Below, piece after piece: positions 10,589 to 22,760 of a stretch of 64,000 bases of DNA. Each line of letters begins with the position of its first letter. The stretch's first letter is position 1. Under the pieces are notes generated by a model. It had not been told where the DNA came from, did not search any database, and saw nothing but the letters and a program-made list of their open reading frames with translations. Position numbers and translations under genes: made by a program. This stretch comes from Octopus bimaculoides. Taxonomy: Eukaryota. The stretch is from positions 35,718,155-35,782,154 of the forward strand of contig NC_068982.1 in assembly GCF_001194135.2 (NCBI RefSeq), written 5' to 3'.

Positions 10589-12621
10589 TACACAAAAACA
10601 CATATTTATATCTATCTACAAACATACACCCATACCACAACACATCTACATAAATACATACGTACATACATACATAAACTTTCGACTATAGACATACATA
10701 CACATACAAATCTATTACATACACATACACACCCACACCCACTTGCACATACACAAATATACTTAAAATTCATAAACATACATAACTCTCACATGCCCAC
10801 ACACATACACACACAGACATATATACATATATAAACTGTAAAAAGTATTAGTAACTCAATTTAGCCTCGTCTTTACATGTTAAGTACTTCCAGATTCTGA
10901 AACTTTCATACCTGTGTATGAGCTGCAGTCTTGAGTTTTGATTTCTCTAAGATATTTTATCTGGTTATGAAGGCACATTACCAATTGTCAGTTAACATTT
11001 ATGTATACATACATACATACATATGTATGTATAAATATATAAAAGAGCATTAATACTCATGAGAGATATTAATGTTAGTGGGCACAATACATTCATATAC
11101 ATACATATATATATATATATATANNNNNNNNNNNNNNNNNNNNNNNNNNNNNNNNNNNNNNNNNNNNNNNNNNNNNNNNNNNNNNNNNNNNNNNNNNNNN
11201 NNNNNNNNNNNNNNNNNNNNNNNNNNNNNNNNNNNNNNNNNNNNNNNNNNNNNNNNNNNNNNNNNNNNNNNNNNNNNNNNNNNNNNNNNNNNNNNNNNNN
11301 NNNNNNNNNNNNNNNNNNNNNNNNNNNNNNNNNNNNNNNNNNNNNNNNNNNNNNNNNNNNNNNNNNNNNNNNNNNNNNNNNNNNNNNNNNNNNNNNNNNN
11401 NNNNNNNNNNNNNATATATATATATATATATATATATATAGGTTATGATGAAACAAGTGGCATAGGTTTTAGCATATAAACTCCCTGTAAAACCAATCTG
11501 GAACTTGGTTAAGATTTCCAGCTGTGGCACTCTAGTGCTTTACAAACTAATGTCATTAAGTAAGTAAAAAAAAAACAACATAAAAGTCATGAATAAGATA
11601 CAGGCATAGCTGTGTAGTTAAGGGGTTCACTTCCTGACCACATGATTTCAGGTTCAATCCCATTCTGTAGCACTTCATGTAAATGTCTTCTACTATAGTC
11701 TTTAGTAGACAGAAACTGCAAACCCATTATATATCAGCAGCATCATTTAGCATCTGTTTTCCATACTGGCATGGGTTGGATGACTTGATTGGAGCTGGCA
11801 AAGCCACACCAGGTTCCATAATCTATTTTGACTTGATTTCTACAGTTGGGTGCCCTTCCAAAGGCCAACCACTTTACATAGTATACTGGGTGCTTTTTAC
11901 ATTGTATTATCACCAGTGCTTTTAAATGCACTAGCACCCACCCTAATGCTTTTTACATGGCACCTTGGTTTTAGGATATCAATACTTTTGTGGTGGACAG
12001 GTCTTCTTGAGTACAGTAATGCAATATATATATATATATCTTTTAAATCTGTTTACAGGAAACTTTTTTTAATATGCAAATAAAGCTCCTATTCTATTAT
12101 GTCAGCTACAGTCTAATGATGCTGACTGGTGAACCAGTTTTTGGGGTTGCACTGAGCTGTGCTAATATAATGTAGGATAAATATAGTAGTAATAGCAATA
12201 ATCCTTGGATGGAATTTATAAATATTTTAATGCATTAAAGTATTTATTAATTCTACCCAAGGATTATTGTTATTACTACTATATACATATATGGTGGTTG
12301 TCTACTCCTTATGCAGAGTTTGACCAGCTCCTGTACCCATGCCTTAGAACCATCATGGCATCTGATGTGGTTTTTTAAATCAGACAGTGTTTTGAAAAGA
12401 CACCCACATAGATTGCATATCCAATTTGGACCACCAAGAGCTGCAGATAAGTTCTGATTTTTGTGGATCTTAAAATGTCTTTTGAGGCTTCCATTAGATT
12501 TGCAAACCTTCTAGCATACATTGCATTGAAAGGTGTGCACAAACATATATATATATATATACACGTTTGCCTCTAGGGGTGAACAACTTGTATAAGATTC
12601 TGAGAATTATAACTCTTGCGG

Positions 12622-12686
12622 TTCACGCTGAAGAGGGGCAGATTTTCTCGGTAAGAGATTTTTAACTCCGAAACCTGGTCCGCGAA
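12622..12686 (+). ncRNA. Type I hammerhead ribozyme with intact core, in a Penelope-like tail
   Basis: TTCACG-CTGAAGA-GGGG...CTCC-GAAA-CCTGG-TC-CGCGAA. Stem I has 5/6 bp, stem II has GGGG/CTCC plus an apical TCTC/GAGA, stem III is the near-palindrome ACCTGGT. Predicted cleavage after GUC at 12680. Confidence 0.8.
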
Positions 12687-12986
12687 TAACAAGGTTTTAA
12701 TTTTATGTATGTAATTTTCAATGTCTTGCTCGCTTATGTTTTGGTATTTCGCTGTATATATNNNNNNNNNNNNNNNNNNNNNNNNNNNNNNNNNNNNNNN
12801 NNNNNNNNNNNNNNNNNNNNNNNNNNNNNNNNNNNNNNNNNNNNNNNNNNNNNNNNNNNNNNNNNNNNNNNNNNNNNNNNNNNNNNNNNNNNNNNNNNNN
12901 NNNNNNNCTGTAAGACCTTCTATTTATAAATGTTCTAAAATATACACAGCCTTGGTTTTTTTATCTCATTACGAAAAGGAAATCCT

Positions 12987-13042
<56 letters not shown>

Positions 13043-13949
13043 GAGAAAGAAAGAGAAAGTGTGTGTTTGTGTCTATTTAACTTGACATTGTATGATGGTT
13101 GTAAAGATGCGTCACCATTGTATAAGTGGTGTCATTCACTTCCAATCTTCCATGAAAATTTGTTGTCTGGTCGTGGGGAAATTTTACCTTGCTTGGAAAT
13201 AGGTAAGGGCTGGTAACAAGAAGGACATCCAGCCACAGAAAATCTACCCCACTGAATTTTGTCTGACCCATGCAAGCATGGAAAAGTAGGCATTAGGACG
13301 GTGACAACACAATTCACAATTGCCATTTCATCTCCTCTGCCAATTACTGGGGCATAAACAAACCAACACCAATTATCAAGTGGTGGCGGTCAGGCACAAG
13401 CATTACGACACACACACACACACACACACACACACATTTATATACGCCAGGTTTCTTCCAGTTTCTGTCTACCAAATCTACTCACAAAGTTTTGCTTAGC
13501 CTGAAGTTATAGCAGAAGATACTTTCCCAAGGTGCCACACAGTGGGACTGAACTCAGAACCATATGGTTGGGAAGCAAACATCTTACCACACTATCATGT
13601 CTGTGCCTACACTGACTATCCGTTCATTAGTATCTCTGATCAGAAAAAGTAAACCAATCATTGTTGTTTGGCCTCAAGTCAGCTCTGAGCAAGGAGACAT
13701 ATGAGTGAAGTGGTCCAACTATGACCATCACATGTTATTTTGGGATAATATATCCCAAGACTGATTTGTAACAAATCTGTCTTACTGCACAGGCCTGGCT
13801 GTGTGGTAAGAAGCTTTCTTCCAAGTGATGTGGTTCTGGGTTCAGTCCCAACATGTAGCACCTTGGGCAAGTGTCTTCTACTATAGCCTTGGTCCAACCA
13901 AAGCCTTGTGAATGGATTTTGTCAATGGAAACTGAAAGAAGCTTGTTGA

Positions 13950-13997
<48 letters not shown>

Positions 13998-14511
13998 TTG
14001 TCCCCCACCACTGTTTACAACCAGTGTTAGTGTGTTTATGTTCCTATAACTTAGCAGTTTGGTAACAGAGTCCAATAGAATAGATATCAGGCTTAAAAAG
14101 AATAAATATTAGGGTTTATTCAGTCGATTAAAATTCTTCAATGTGGTGCCCCAGCATGGCCAGTCTAATGACTGAAACAAGTAAAAGATAAATGATAAAA
14201 ATATATGTTAAAATTCACCAGAAATACTTTAAAAACTCAGCAAATACAAACATGTGGTTAAAAATATTCATTTTGCTGTTAAACCTGACTGAATATTCCT
14301 ATACTAAAAAGTGGTCCCGAGACGACTCATCTCATCTAGTGTTTCTCATCATTTGCAAGACAGTAGGATGTTATTTGAGGGAAATTTGGCTAATATTTCT
14401 AGCAGGTCAAGCACCCATCTAGAGGTTTCCTCATTGGTTTGTTCATTTTCAGCGACATGCACATTGGATTTCAATGAAACTAAAATGAAATTTTGACTTC
14501 TGTATTTTCAG

Positions 14512-14751
14512 AGTGGAGAGGTTGATTGCTGGCCATTAGAATGTCCAAAGCTGATGTGTTCTGATGTGGTCAAAATGTCTGGAGACTGTTGTCCACGGTG
14601 CATCGATGATGACCCGTGTCATGAAAATGATCAATACAGTGTAATTAATGCCGGCTTGATTCCAAGCCTTTGTAGATACCATGGTCGTAAATACCGTCAT
14701 AATGATCACTGGAACCTCCATGGAGATAAATGTACCACTTGTAAATGTAAG
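14512..14751 (+). CDS. NELL: NELL-like exon (SGEVDCWPLECPKLMC...DCCPRCIDDDPC...HGDKCTTCKCK)
   Basis: Acceptor tgtattttcag and donor AAG|gtaagt; 240 nt, phase 0/0. GEVDCWPL-x-CP and CCPRC-x-x-D-(D)-PC match vertebrate NELL sequence as recalled. Confidence 0.95.
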
Positions 14752-15078
14752 GTAAGTATGTTTGAAATGATATCAACTAGAGAAAAATAATCTATCCTCC
14801 TTTTTAATTCCTTACTATTTTAAAATGTTCTTTGTATGTTTATGCTTTACTTGTTTCAGTCATTTGACTACAGCCATGCTGGGGCACCACCTTGAAGAAT
14901 TTTAGTCAAATGAATCAACCCAGTACTTATATTTTTTTTTTAAAGTCTGGTACTTATTCTGTCGGTCTCTTTTGCTGAACCACTAAGTTACAGAAACATA
15001 TATAAACACCAGCAGCACCACTTATCAAGCAGTGGAAGAGGACAAACAAAGACACACTCACACACAAGCACACACAGT

Positions 15079-15117
<39 letters not shown>

Positions 15118-15845
15118 ATGTGATGGGCTTCTTTCAATTTCCATCCACCAAACACCAAATCCACTCACAAGGCTTTGGTCAGCCCTAGACTTATAGTATA
15201 AGACATTTGCCCAAGACATCTGCCTGAAGCCAGAACCATGTGGTTGGAAACGTCTTAGCACACAGCCCAAATATTTCAGAATTGTAATTGTCTAGCAAAT
15301 GATTTGATCCCTGAGACTGCATGTTCAAACTGAAGCAGTAATATCATGGAATAGCCATTTTGGCCATCTAAAACACATAAATACTATTATATTCACTTTC
15401 CAGTTATTTCTTGAGGTGTTAAAATGTTTGCCATACAACTTCATCTTAGTAACAGACATCATTCTATGGCAACTGCATTGTAACAGAACTGTGTCAGTGA
15501 TCAAGTTACAGTTGTACGACAAAAATTTTAATGCTTCCATCCAGTCATTTCATCACCCACCATTCCTGAGAGTCCCATAGGAGTAGAGTCCTCTTTCTTT
15601 TTCCCAAGGTTTCTCTTTCTACAACTTTTACTTCCCTTTGTACTTACTTTTGACTTTTGGTCATGGTCAATGGTTATAAGTGAGTGCATATATATATATA
15701 CCCTCACAGCTGACAAGTGGTGTAGCTGAAAGAGGATGACATAACCAGAAGCCAATGACCACCAGAAGAGAAAGATGACCCCCATTGTTTATATCCAGTT
15801 CGTTTCCCCCTCCATACTTTAAAGAGGCCGTAGGCCAACAAGTCT

Positions 15846-15905
15846 TAGGGCCTGATGATATGCCATAAAGATACTCTTTATGGTGAGAAACCCTGGGTAA
15901 CCCTA
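15846..15905 (+). ncRNA. Type I hammerhead ribozyme with intact core
   Basis: TAGGGC-CTGATGA-tatGCCATAAAGA-tac-TCTTTATGGTga-GAAA-CCCTGGG-TA-ACCCTA. Stem I has 5/6 bp, stem II 10 bp, stem III is ACCCTGGGT. Predicted cleavage after GUA at 15899; AATAAA follows at about 15925. Confidence 0.8.
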
Positions 15906-16928
15906 TAAACAGGCCTTCACCAGTAATAAATATATATATATATGTGTGTGTATATATGCCCGTGCGATGCCACATAAAAGCACCTGTGCAGTGCCATGTA
16001 AAAGCACTCAGCACACTCTGTAAAGTGGTTGGCATTAAGAAGGGCATCTGGCCAGAGAAACCATGCCAAATCAGACTGGAGTCTGGTGCAGCTCCCCAAC
16101 TTTCCAGCTCTGGTCTAACCATCCAACTCATGCCAGCATAGGCAGCAGATGTTAAATGATGATGGTGATGATGATATACAATGTGGTAAAGCTTCAACAA
16201 ATAGAAGACCACTTGATCAGTTAAGAGAGTAAAAATAAAAGCCACAGATCTTTGTAAATACAGCTAACCAGAGTTTCCTGGTCAAAATTATTATTTATTT
16301 CACCATTTTTCAAGCTGAGGACATGATTTTTTTTTTGTCAGTTGTCGTTTAAACATTATCTGCTCAAAAAGACAAGTGACAAATGACTTTAAAAATGGTG
16401 AAATTGTTGAAACAAGCTGTGGACTAATCGTATGTGTGTGAGTGCATGCACATGTGTGTAAGTATGTGCTTACACTAAGTTACAGAGTATGACCACTAAG
16501 TTACAGAGACATAAATAAACACAGCAGCACCACTTATTAAGCAGTGGTGGAGAACAAAGACACACTCACACATAAACATACACACACACACTCACATACA
16601 GAGTCACAAACACACACACACAGTCACATACACACGTACACACACATGTGATGGGCTTCTTTCAATTTCCGTCGACCAAATACCAAATCCACTCACAAGG
16701 CTTTGGTCAGCCCTAGGCTTATAGTATAAGACATTTGCCCAAGATGTGTAATGTAAATGCATATATACTTGTGTTTGTAATCAATTGAATAGCATCATGT
16801 GAATGCTCAGTGATGTTATGTTATCCAGCTTTTAAAATATTTTATTGCCAACTTATATGAAAATGTTGTTTGATTACATTTTTTTAATGTATTTTTTCTT
16901 CTTTTTCTTCTTTTTTTTCTAATTGCAG

Positions 16929-16988
16929 CGCGGACACATATGTTGTTCTTTCAACCAGACTTGTACAGCCCTTGAAAGATCTCCGTGA
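16929..16988 (+). CDS. NELL: NELL-like terminal coding exon (RGHICCSFNQTCTALERSP*)
   Basis: Long polypyrimidine tract then ttgcag. GHICCS matches the NELL C-terminus. TGA at 16986-16988. The 3' UTR end cannot be defined. Confidence 0.92.
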   Translation, partial: RGHICCSFNQTCTALERSP

Positions 16989-18889
16989 TCGAATAATGTG
17001 ATTTAAGTTTGCAACGGCGACAGTTTGTTGCCTACATTTTCCAGCAAAATACAGCCATTCCATGCCGCCACGTATGACAATGTAGAATGCCATCCTAGCT
17101 GTACGGGCCTCTACTAAATGTAACTAACTTAAATGAGACTTGGGCGTCCTGTGCTGCCCATGCATTCCCTACTCTTCTGGCAGCAGGATGGCTGCAGCTG
17201 CAGTAGTTGCTGCTGGAGGTGCATTGGTTCCTTGTCAGCTTTTGGTGTAGCTCTCTTTGAAATCTCTGCTCATTGTACTAAGACGGACTTCTACAAGAAA
17301 TTAAATGATTAAAAAAAAAAAGCAACAAGTTTGGCATATAACAGGCACACAAACTGCAAGAATTAAATGATTGGTTGAAAACAGTGAGAAAGGGCGTGTA
17401 TGAATATGTATGTATGTGTGCATGTATGAGAGAAAGAGCAAGAAAATAAGAGATTCTGGAGTTCATTCATGGAAAATTGTGTACATTGACTGTGTTGTTC
17501 TGGTCTCAGACTAGCTGCCCTTAAGCAAATATCTCTGTTGATACCAAAATGTAAAAAAGACAACATTGATGTGAAAATTTCTGAGTCTGTGTGTGCATAT
17601 GTATTATAGTAAGATATATTAATAGCTGCCTACTGAGCTGAATCTGTCAGAAAACTTTACCAAAATATGCTCAGGGAATCTAATAGCATTGCCGCTTTTC
17701 TCTTCTATCTGATCTGACTGGTCCTGTCTTCTCCAGACTTTGTCTGCCAGTTCGGCTATACACCCTTATACACCAAGTGGAACTCCTTCCAATTTATTTT
17801 ATTTTTTAATTTCAAATTGAGGTGGGAAGTATTTGTTATTTTGGCCAAAAAAGAAAAACAAAGGAAAAGAAAAGAAAGGAAAATGACACACACAAAAAAG
17901 AAAAATTCTTACTGTTTATTTCTATTCTACCTCTATTATTTTTTTTTACTTTCATTTTTTTTTTTTCGTCTAAGAAATAATTTTAGATGCAGCAAAGATG
18001 AAGGACAAGGTCAGACAGTTAAAGATTTAGAGTAGAAATTTAATAGATAAACCCATAAAATGGATTCAGACGGCTAAAAATGTTTTCAGACCAAAGGAGA
18101 GATCAGACAACCAGAGAAATTATATTTCAATTTCTGTTGTAAGAAGACTAGGTTAGACAGCTTCCAAAATAATTTAGAAACTTCTGCTTACTTCTACATT
18201 AAAGACTTATCAGACAAATTGAGAAACAGCACATAATCTTCACAAACGGTAAAACTGTCCAAATAATATTCCAATTTGTTTCTTTTTAGTTTCCATACAT
18301 ATAAATATATTTGTAGGAACTCCCATATCTTTCCTGTATACTCTTCCATTAGATTCACGGATCTCTATTTTTCATATACCCCAAGTCAAATACTATCTCT
18401 TTGTTCTCACTCACCTTCAATGTTATCAACTTTCATTTCTCTCTTCCCACCATCTTCCACAAAATCACCCAATTTGTGTTACCTTATTCTATGTTTATCA
18501 ATTCCTATCTCATTTTTATTATCATATTATTCATGTTCACCAATTTCAATCTTACTTCCAGCGCAATATCTAAAAATAATTGAAAATTACCCTGCATTTC
18601 ATTTAAAAAAATTTTTTTGTAAGATACTAAAATATCCTTTGCACATGAGAATACAATGATTATAGTCAATTGAAAGCCTACCTAGACTATATTATAACAT
18701 CAAGGCTTATTTAAGAGGTAAAATACATTCTAATCTCATAGATTCAAATTGATCCCAGCTTCCAGTTGCAACAACATATAATATTCTTTATAAAACCTTA
18801 AATAGATTATCTCTTCTCCTTTTCCTGTTCACAACACTATGTTGGTGTGAACTAATCAATATGTGAGGAACTGTATACGTATAAGGTAT

Positions 18890-18966
18890 AAATGTGTGAA
18901 TGTAAACACTTCTTAAATGTATGAATGTGTGCACTTCTTAAATGTGTGAATGTGTGCACTTCTTAA
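18890..18966. repeat. Three tandem copies of a ~25-bp unit (aatgtgtgaatgtgtgcacttctta)
   Basis: Read directly from the sequence. Confidence 0.8.
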
Positions 18967-21900
18967 AATTCTTAATATTTCTTTTCATTTTTCTTCAGTG
19001 GTAGCATTATCTCAATTTATATTTTATTTTGTAATAATTTGGTCTTTAACAATAGCACAATAGTTTAATGCTACTATCTTCAGAACAGATTGCAATCCAG
19101 ATCCATTAGAAGGTCATGTGACTTAGATTTCAAGAGGCTTCATTAAACACTTGGATTTTTAATTTGTATGACAGCAGTGAAATTAAGTTTTATTCAAGGG
19201 AGTTGGAATATTTGCTTCCATGAGTGTAATGTTAAGGTACTGGATTACTGACTACATGAAATAAGGACAACTTTATTGCAGTTTTAATTAAAAAAAACCT
19301 TGCTACAGTACTTAAACAATACAAATTACACTGCTTGATCCAAGCTGTCTACTATTAGATGTCACACCTACTTCATGATTTGGTGTTTGATACTAATATG
19401 GTTATACAGCTGTAAAAATAATTGCTCTAACATAATGTAAACACACAAATCTCCATGTGAGCATGGGAAAATGAACATTGAATATATTAAAAAAGAAAAA
19501 TATTGCTGTCAATACACCATACTTCAAATTATTTGCCACTTGGGTACAGAACCTCAAATTCACAGCAATGGGGATTATGGAAATAAAAGAATAAACTTTC
19601 ATCTTTGAATTATATACTTTTAAATCTTTGCTTTTTATTTTCCCCTTCAGATAATTTTCTCCTTTAAATATCCTTCTTATTTTTCAAGTTGTTAAACTTG
19701 CAACCTTCTGTTTCCAGCAAGCCTATAAACAATGGTAGATACAAAACGTATGTGTTGTGTGCATATATATATATACACACACATGCATTTGTATGTACTA
19801 GTTTACATGTGTTTCTATTGTCCAAAAGTATAGGAGCTGGGGGCAGAGAATCTGTTTACTTCAAGTAATACAAAGCAAAAAATTTAATCAAATATTTAAT
19901 TATAATTAACAAATAAAACATAACAGTTATGTATTATTACTAGAATTAAATTACTCTTCTAAAAATACTTTCTCTATAGTATCCCCTTAATTTGTTTTTT
20001 AACAGTAATTGAAATTTCTTTCAAGAACTTAAAGCCCCTGGTAGGTTTCTGATTGTTCAACCAAACATGAAAGAAAATTACTTTATTCAAGTAAAGACTA
20101 ATAAAATTGCTCTATGTTTATTAAAATCATTTCCTGAAGACTGAAAATAATAAATTTCAAACGAAAACCTGATGCCTTTAAGTGAAGTAAGTCATCATGA
20201 CTCCTCATTATTGTGTGGTAGCCTACTGTGTAGTTTACAGCCACCATCACACAGCATTATTTTCAGCCTGAGGACATTCAAAATGCAAGGCTCAAATATC
20301 ATTAAACTACTTGATTCTATCTGATATATACTTCTCCAAATTCAGAGTCAAAGTGATAATAGAATTGTGTTTAGTGCTATAACTGGTCATATACTCTGTC
20401 CTACCAAATTTTAGCTTAAATGATTACCACAATGTTATCCATTAAAACTGCTGTGAAAATGACATGTTTAAAAACTTAAGATTCTTCTATGGAAGTAATA
20501 TGGTGAGAATAACTTTAACTGGAACCTCTCTAAATATCTCAGAAATGTACGTGTAGATTTGAAACATTCACATTCAGTTGAAATACCTTTGCTACAAAAA
20601 AGTAAGGCAGCATGCTGGCAGTCATTAGCACTTTCAGACCAAATGCTTAGTGGTATTTCTTGTCTCTTTATATTATGAATTCAAGTTTGACTTTGCCTTT
20701 CATCTTTCATCGATAAAATAAGTACCAAAGTCAATGTAATCACCTCCCACTCGCCTCAGAAAATTGCTGGCCTTGTGCCAAAATTAGAAACCAGTATAAT
20801 ACAAAAGTTTAATTTTGAAACAATAAATATAATCTTCAAATTTACTTCCTGACCAAGAGCTTTTGCAAATGATATCAACAGTTTGAAATCTCTCTCTTTC
20901 TTTATATATATATATATATATATATATTTCCTATTTCAGAAAGTTGTATTATCTTCCTGTCAATAATAATTCATAAAAGTCACAATACTAGGAGTGAAAA
21001 GAGATATGGTACTGTACAGACACAGCTAGACCATACCAGTACATAATTAAATCAATATTGATCTGGCGATAACAATGCCTAATTTGAATGACATTTTAAC
21101 CTTTCTTTCTGCTCATTCTCTGTTGTATTTATTCCAAAATGTCTAAGTGTTACCTAAAGCAATTACTTCTCTAGTCACAGATATGTTGTATTATGTTTGG
21201 GGACAAGTCACCCAAATTTATTTGATTAAAAAAAGAAAGGAGCATTTCTAAATCATAGAGGAGTGATTAGTGTGGCTAGAATCATTCAGTTGCACGTGTG
21301 AAAATGCCATGGGAGTTATGATAAACTACTTGTCTATCTGGAGGTTTCTTGGAATAAGATTTGAGTTGACTTCAAAATGTTGATAGAGACAGGCTGAGTA
21401 TTTCATGCTTGATAAGCAATCAATTGTTCAGGAACAAGAGTGAAAGAGACAAAGGGAAGTAGCAATTTCCTGTGTCTTAGACATAAATTTATATCTGCAC
21501 CTTCATTTCATAACTGTTCTCAGTGGTTTTCATTTTTATCTCTTTCTAATCTTATTGCTGGTCTACTTACCTGCCAGTCAGCCTCTCTCACTCTCTCTCT
21601 CTCTTTCTCCTTCTCACTCTCCCTCTCTCTCTCTCTCTGTCACACACGTTCATACCAACTTTAATATGAAGAATAATTTGCTTTTCTCTTTCATTCCCTT
21701 TTATTTTTGTAGAATTCCCAAAAAGAAAACCAAGGCAATCAACTAACTTATTTTGCCTTTCTTTTGCACCCTCTTTCATCTATGCAGAACCTAATAAAAC
21801 TTTACATATTTAATGTTGTAATCCTTTAATTATACTTTAATATGTTTCTTCCTTAAATTTTTGATTGGTTTGCTTCTGAGTAAACTGATTGTAATTCACT

Positions 21901-22261
21901 GTCTTAGCCATGTGAATAAACAGTTTCAGAATTTCATTCTTGAGCAGACTCCTTCCTCAATCTAATCATTGATTCTGAAAAATGTTGCACAGAGCTAGAG
22001 ATTATCCTGAGTTTCAGGCATAAAAGAAATGATCACCACTTCTAACCCATGACAGAACATTCACCAACCAACTGCAACATGTGTCCTCTTGAAAAAATTT
22101 AAGCCCAGCAATCAAAGATAACAAAAAAGAAAAAACACTCATTAATTATATTGTGCTCCCACTACTTACAGGACTAAAAGTAAACTGAACCACTGAGAAT
22201 TAAACATCTTGTTCTATAATAGTTATTCTCTTTAATGCATCCATTAATATTCTGTAAGAGA

Positions 22262-22465
22262 TTAAGGCAGCGAACTGGCAGAAGTGTTGACACACTGAAC
22301 AAAGTGCTTAGTGGCATTTCTTCTGGCTTTTCTTTCTGAGTTCAAATTCTGCTGAGTGTGACTTTGCCTTTCATCTTTTCAGAATTGATAAAATAAGCAC
22401 CAGTTGATGTAACTGACTAGTCTGTCTCACAAAATTGCAGGCCTTGTGCCTATAGTAGAAAGAAA
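22262..22465 (+). mobile_element. tRNA-derived SINE, family A (representative)
   Basis: Head taaggcagcgaactggcagaa, B box gagttcaaattc, body gactttgcctttcatc, 3' end ggccttgtgcctatagtagaaag. About 25 full or partial copies in the window, e.g. 1-225, 250-460, 9040-9430, 9645-9860, 20600-20800, 36150-36535, 37445-37680, 49190-49600, 55440-55850, 57990-58220 and 58640-58835. Confidence 0.85.
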
Positions 22466-22544
22466 TATTCTATAATATTCCACCAAACTTTTTCTCTGAC
22501 TAGAGCTTTTCTCTGACTAGAGCTCATCTGACTAGAGCTTATTC

Positions 22545-22760
22545 CAGTTTCTATGGCATTTAAGCAATAGAGAGTACCCCTGAACAGAATACCAGTCTGA
22601 TGCTATTGCTGGTACTCATGTTCAACAGAGTGGACTGAAGCTATGTGAAATGAAGTGCCTTGCTCAAGGACACAACACATCACCCAGTCACGAACTGGAG
22701 CCAGGACCTAACAATCATGAGTCCATCACCTGAAAACACTATGCCACACATCTTCACACA
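22545..22760 (-). mobile_element. Old SINE remnant with a V/Meta-like central motif
   Basis: Contains gaagtgccttgctcaaggacacaac, the reverse complement of the gttgtgtccttgagcaaggcactt motif common to several metazoan SINE superfamilies. Confidence 0.5.

Noticed and set aside
10182-11530. Long ORFs rich in YI/HT/CV or X
   Set aside because: They are translations of (TA)n, (CA)n and (CATA)n tracts and of N gaps; the same applies to similar ORFs at 27-28.8, 42.6-43.1, 48.5-51.2, 57.6-58.0 and 59.8-60.2 kb.
16986-17006. Stop-codon readthrough of NELL
   Set aside because: The context is TGA-T rather than the leaky TGA-CTAG, and another stop follows within six codons.
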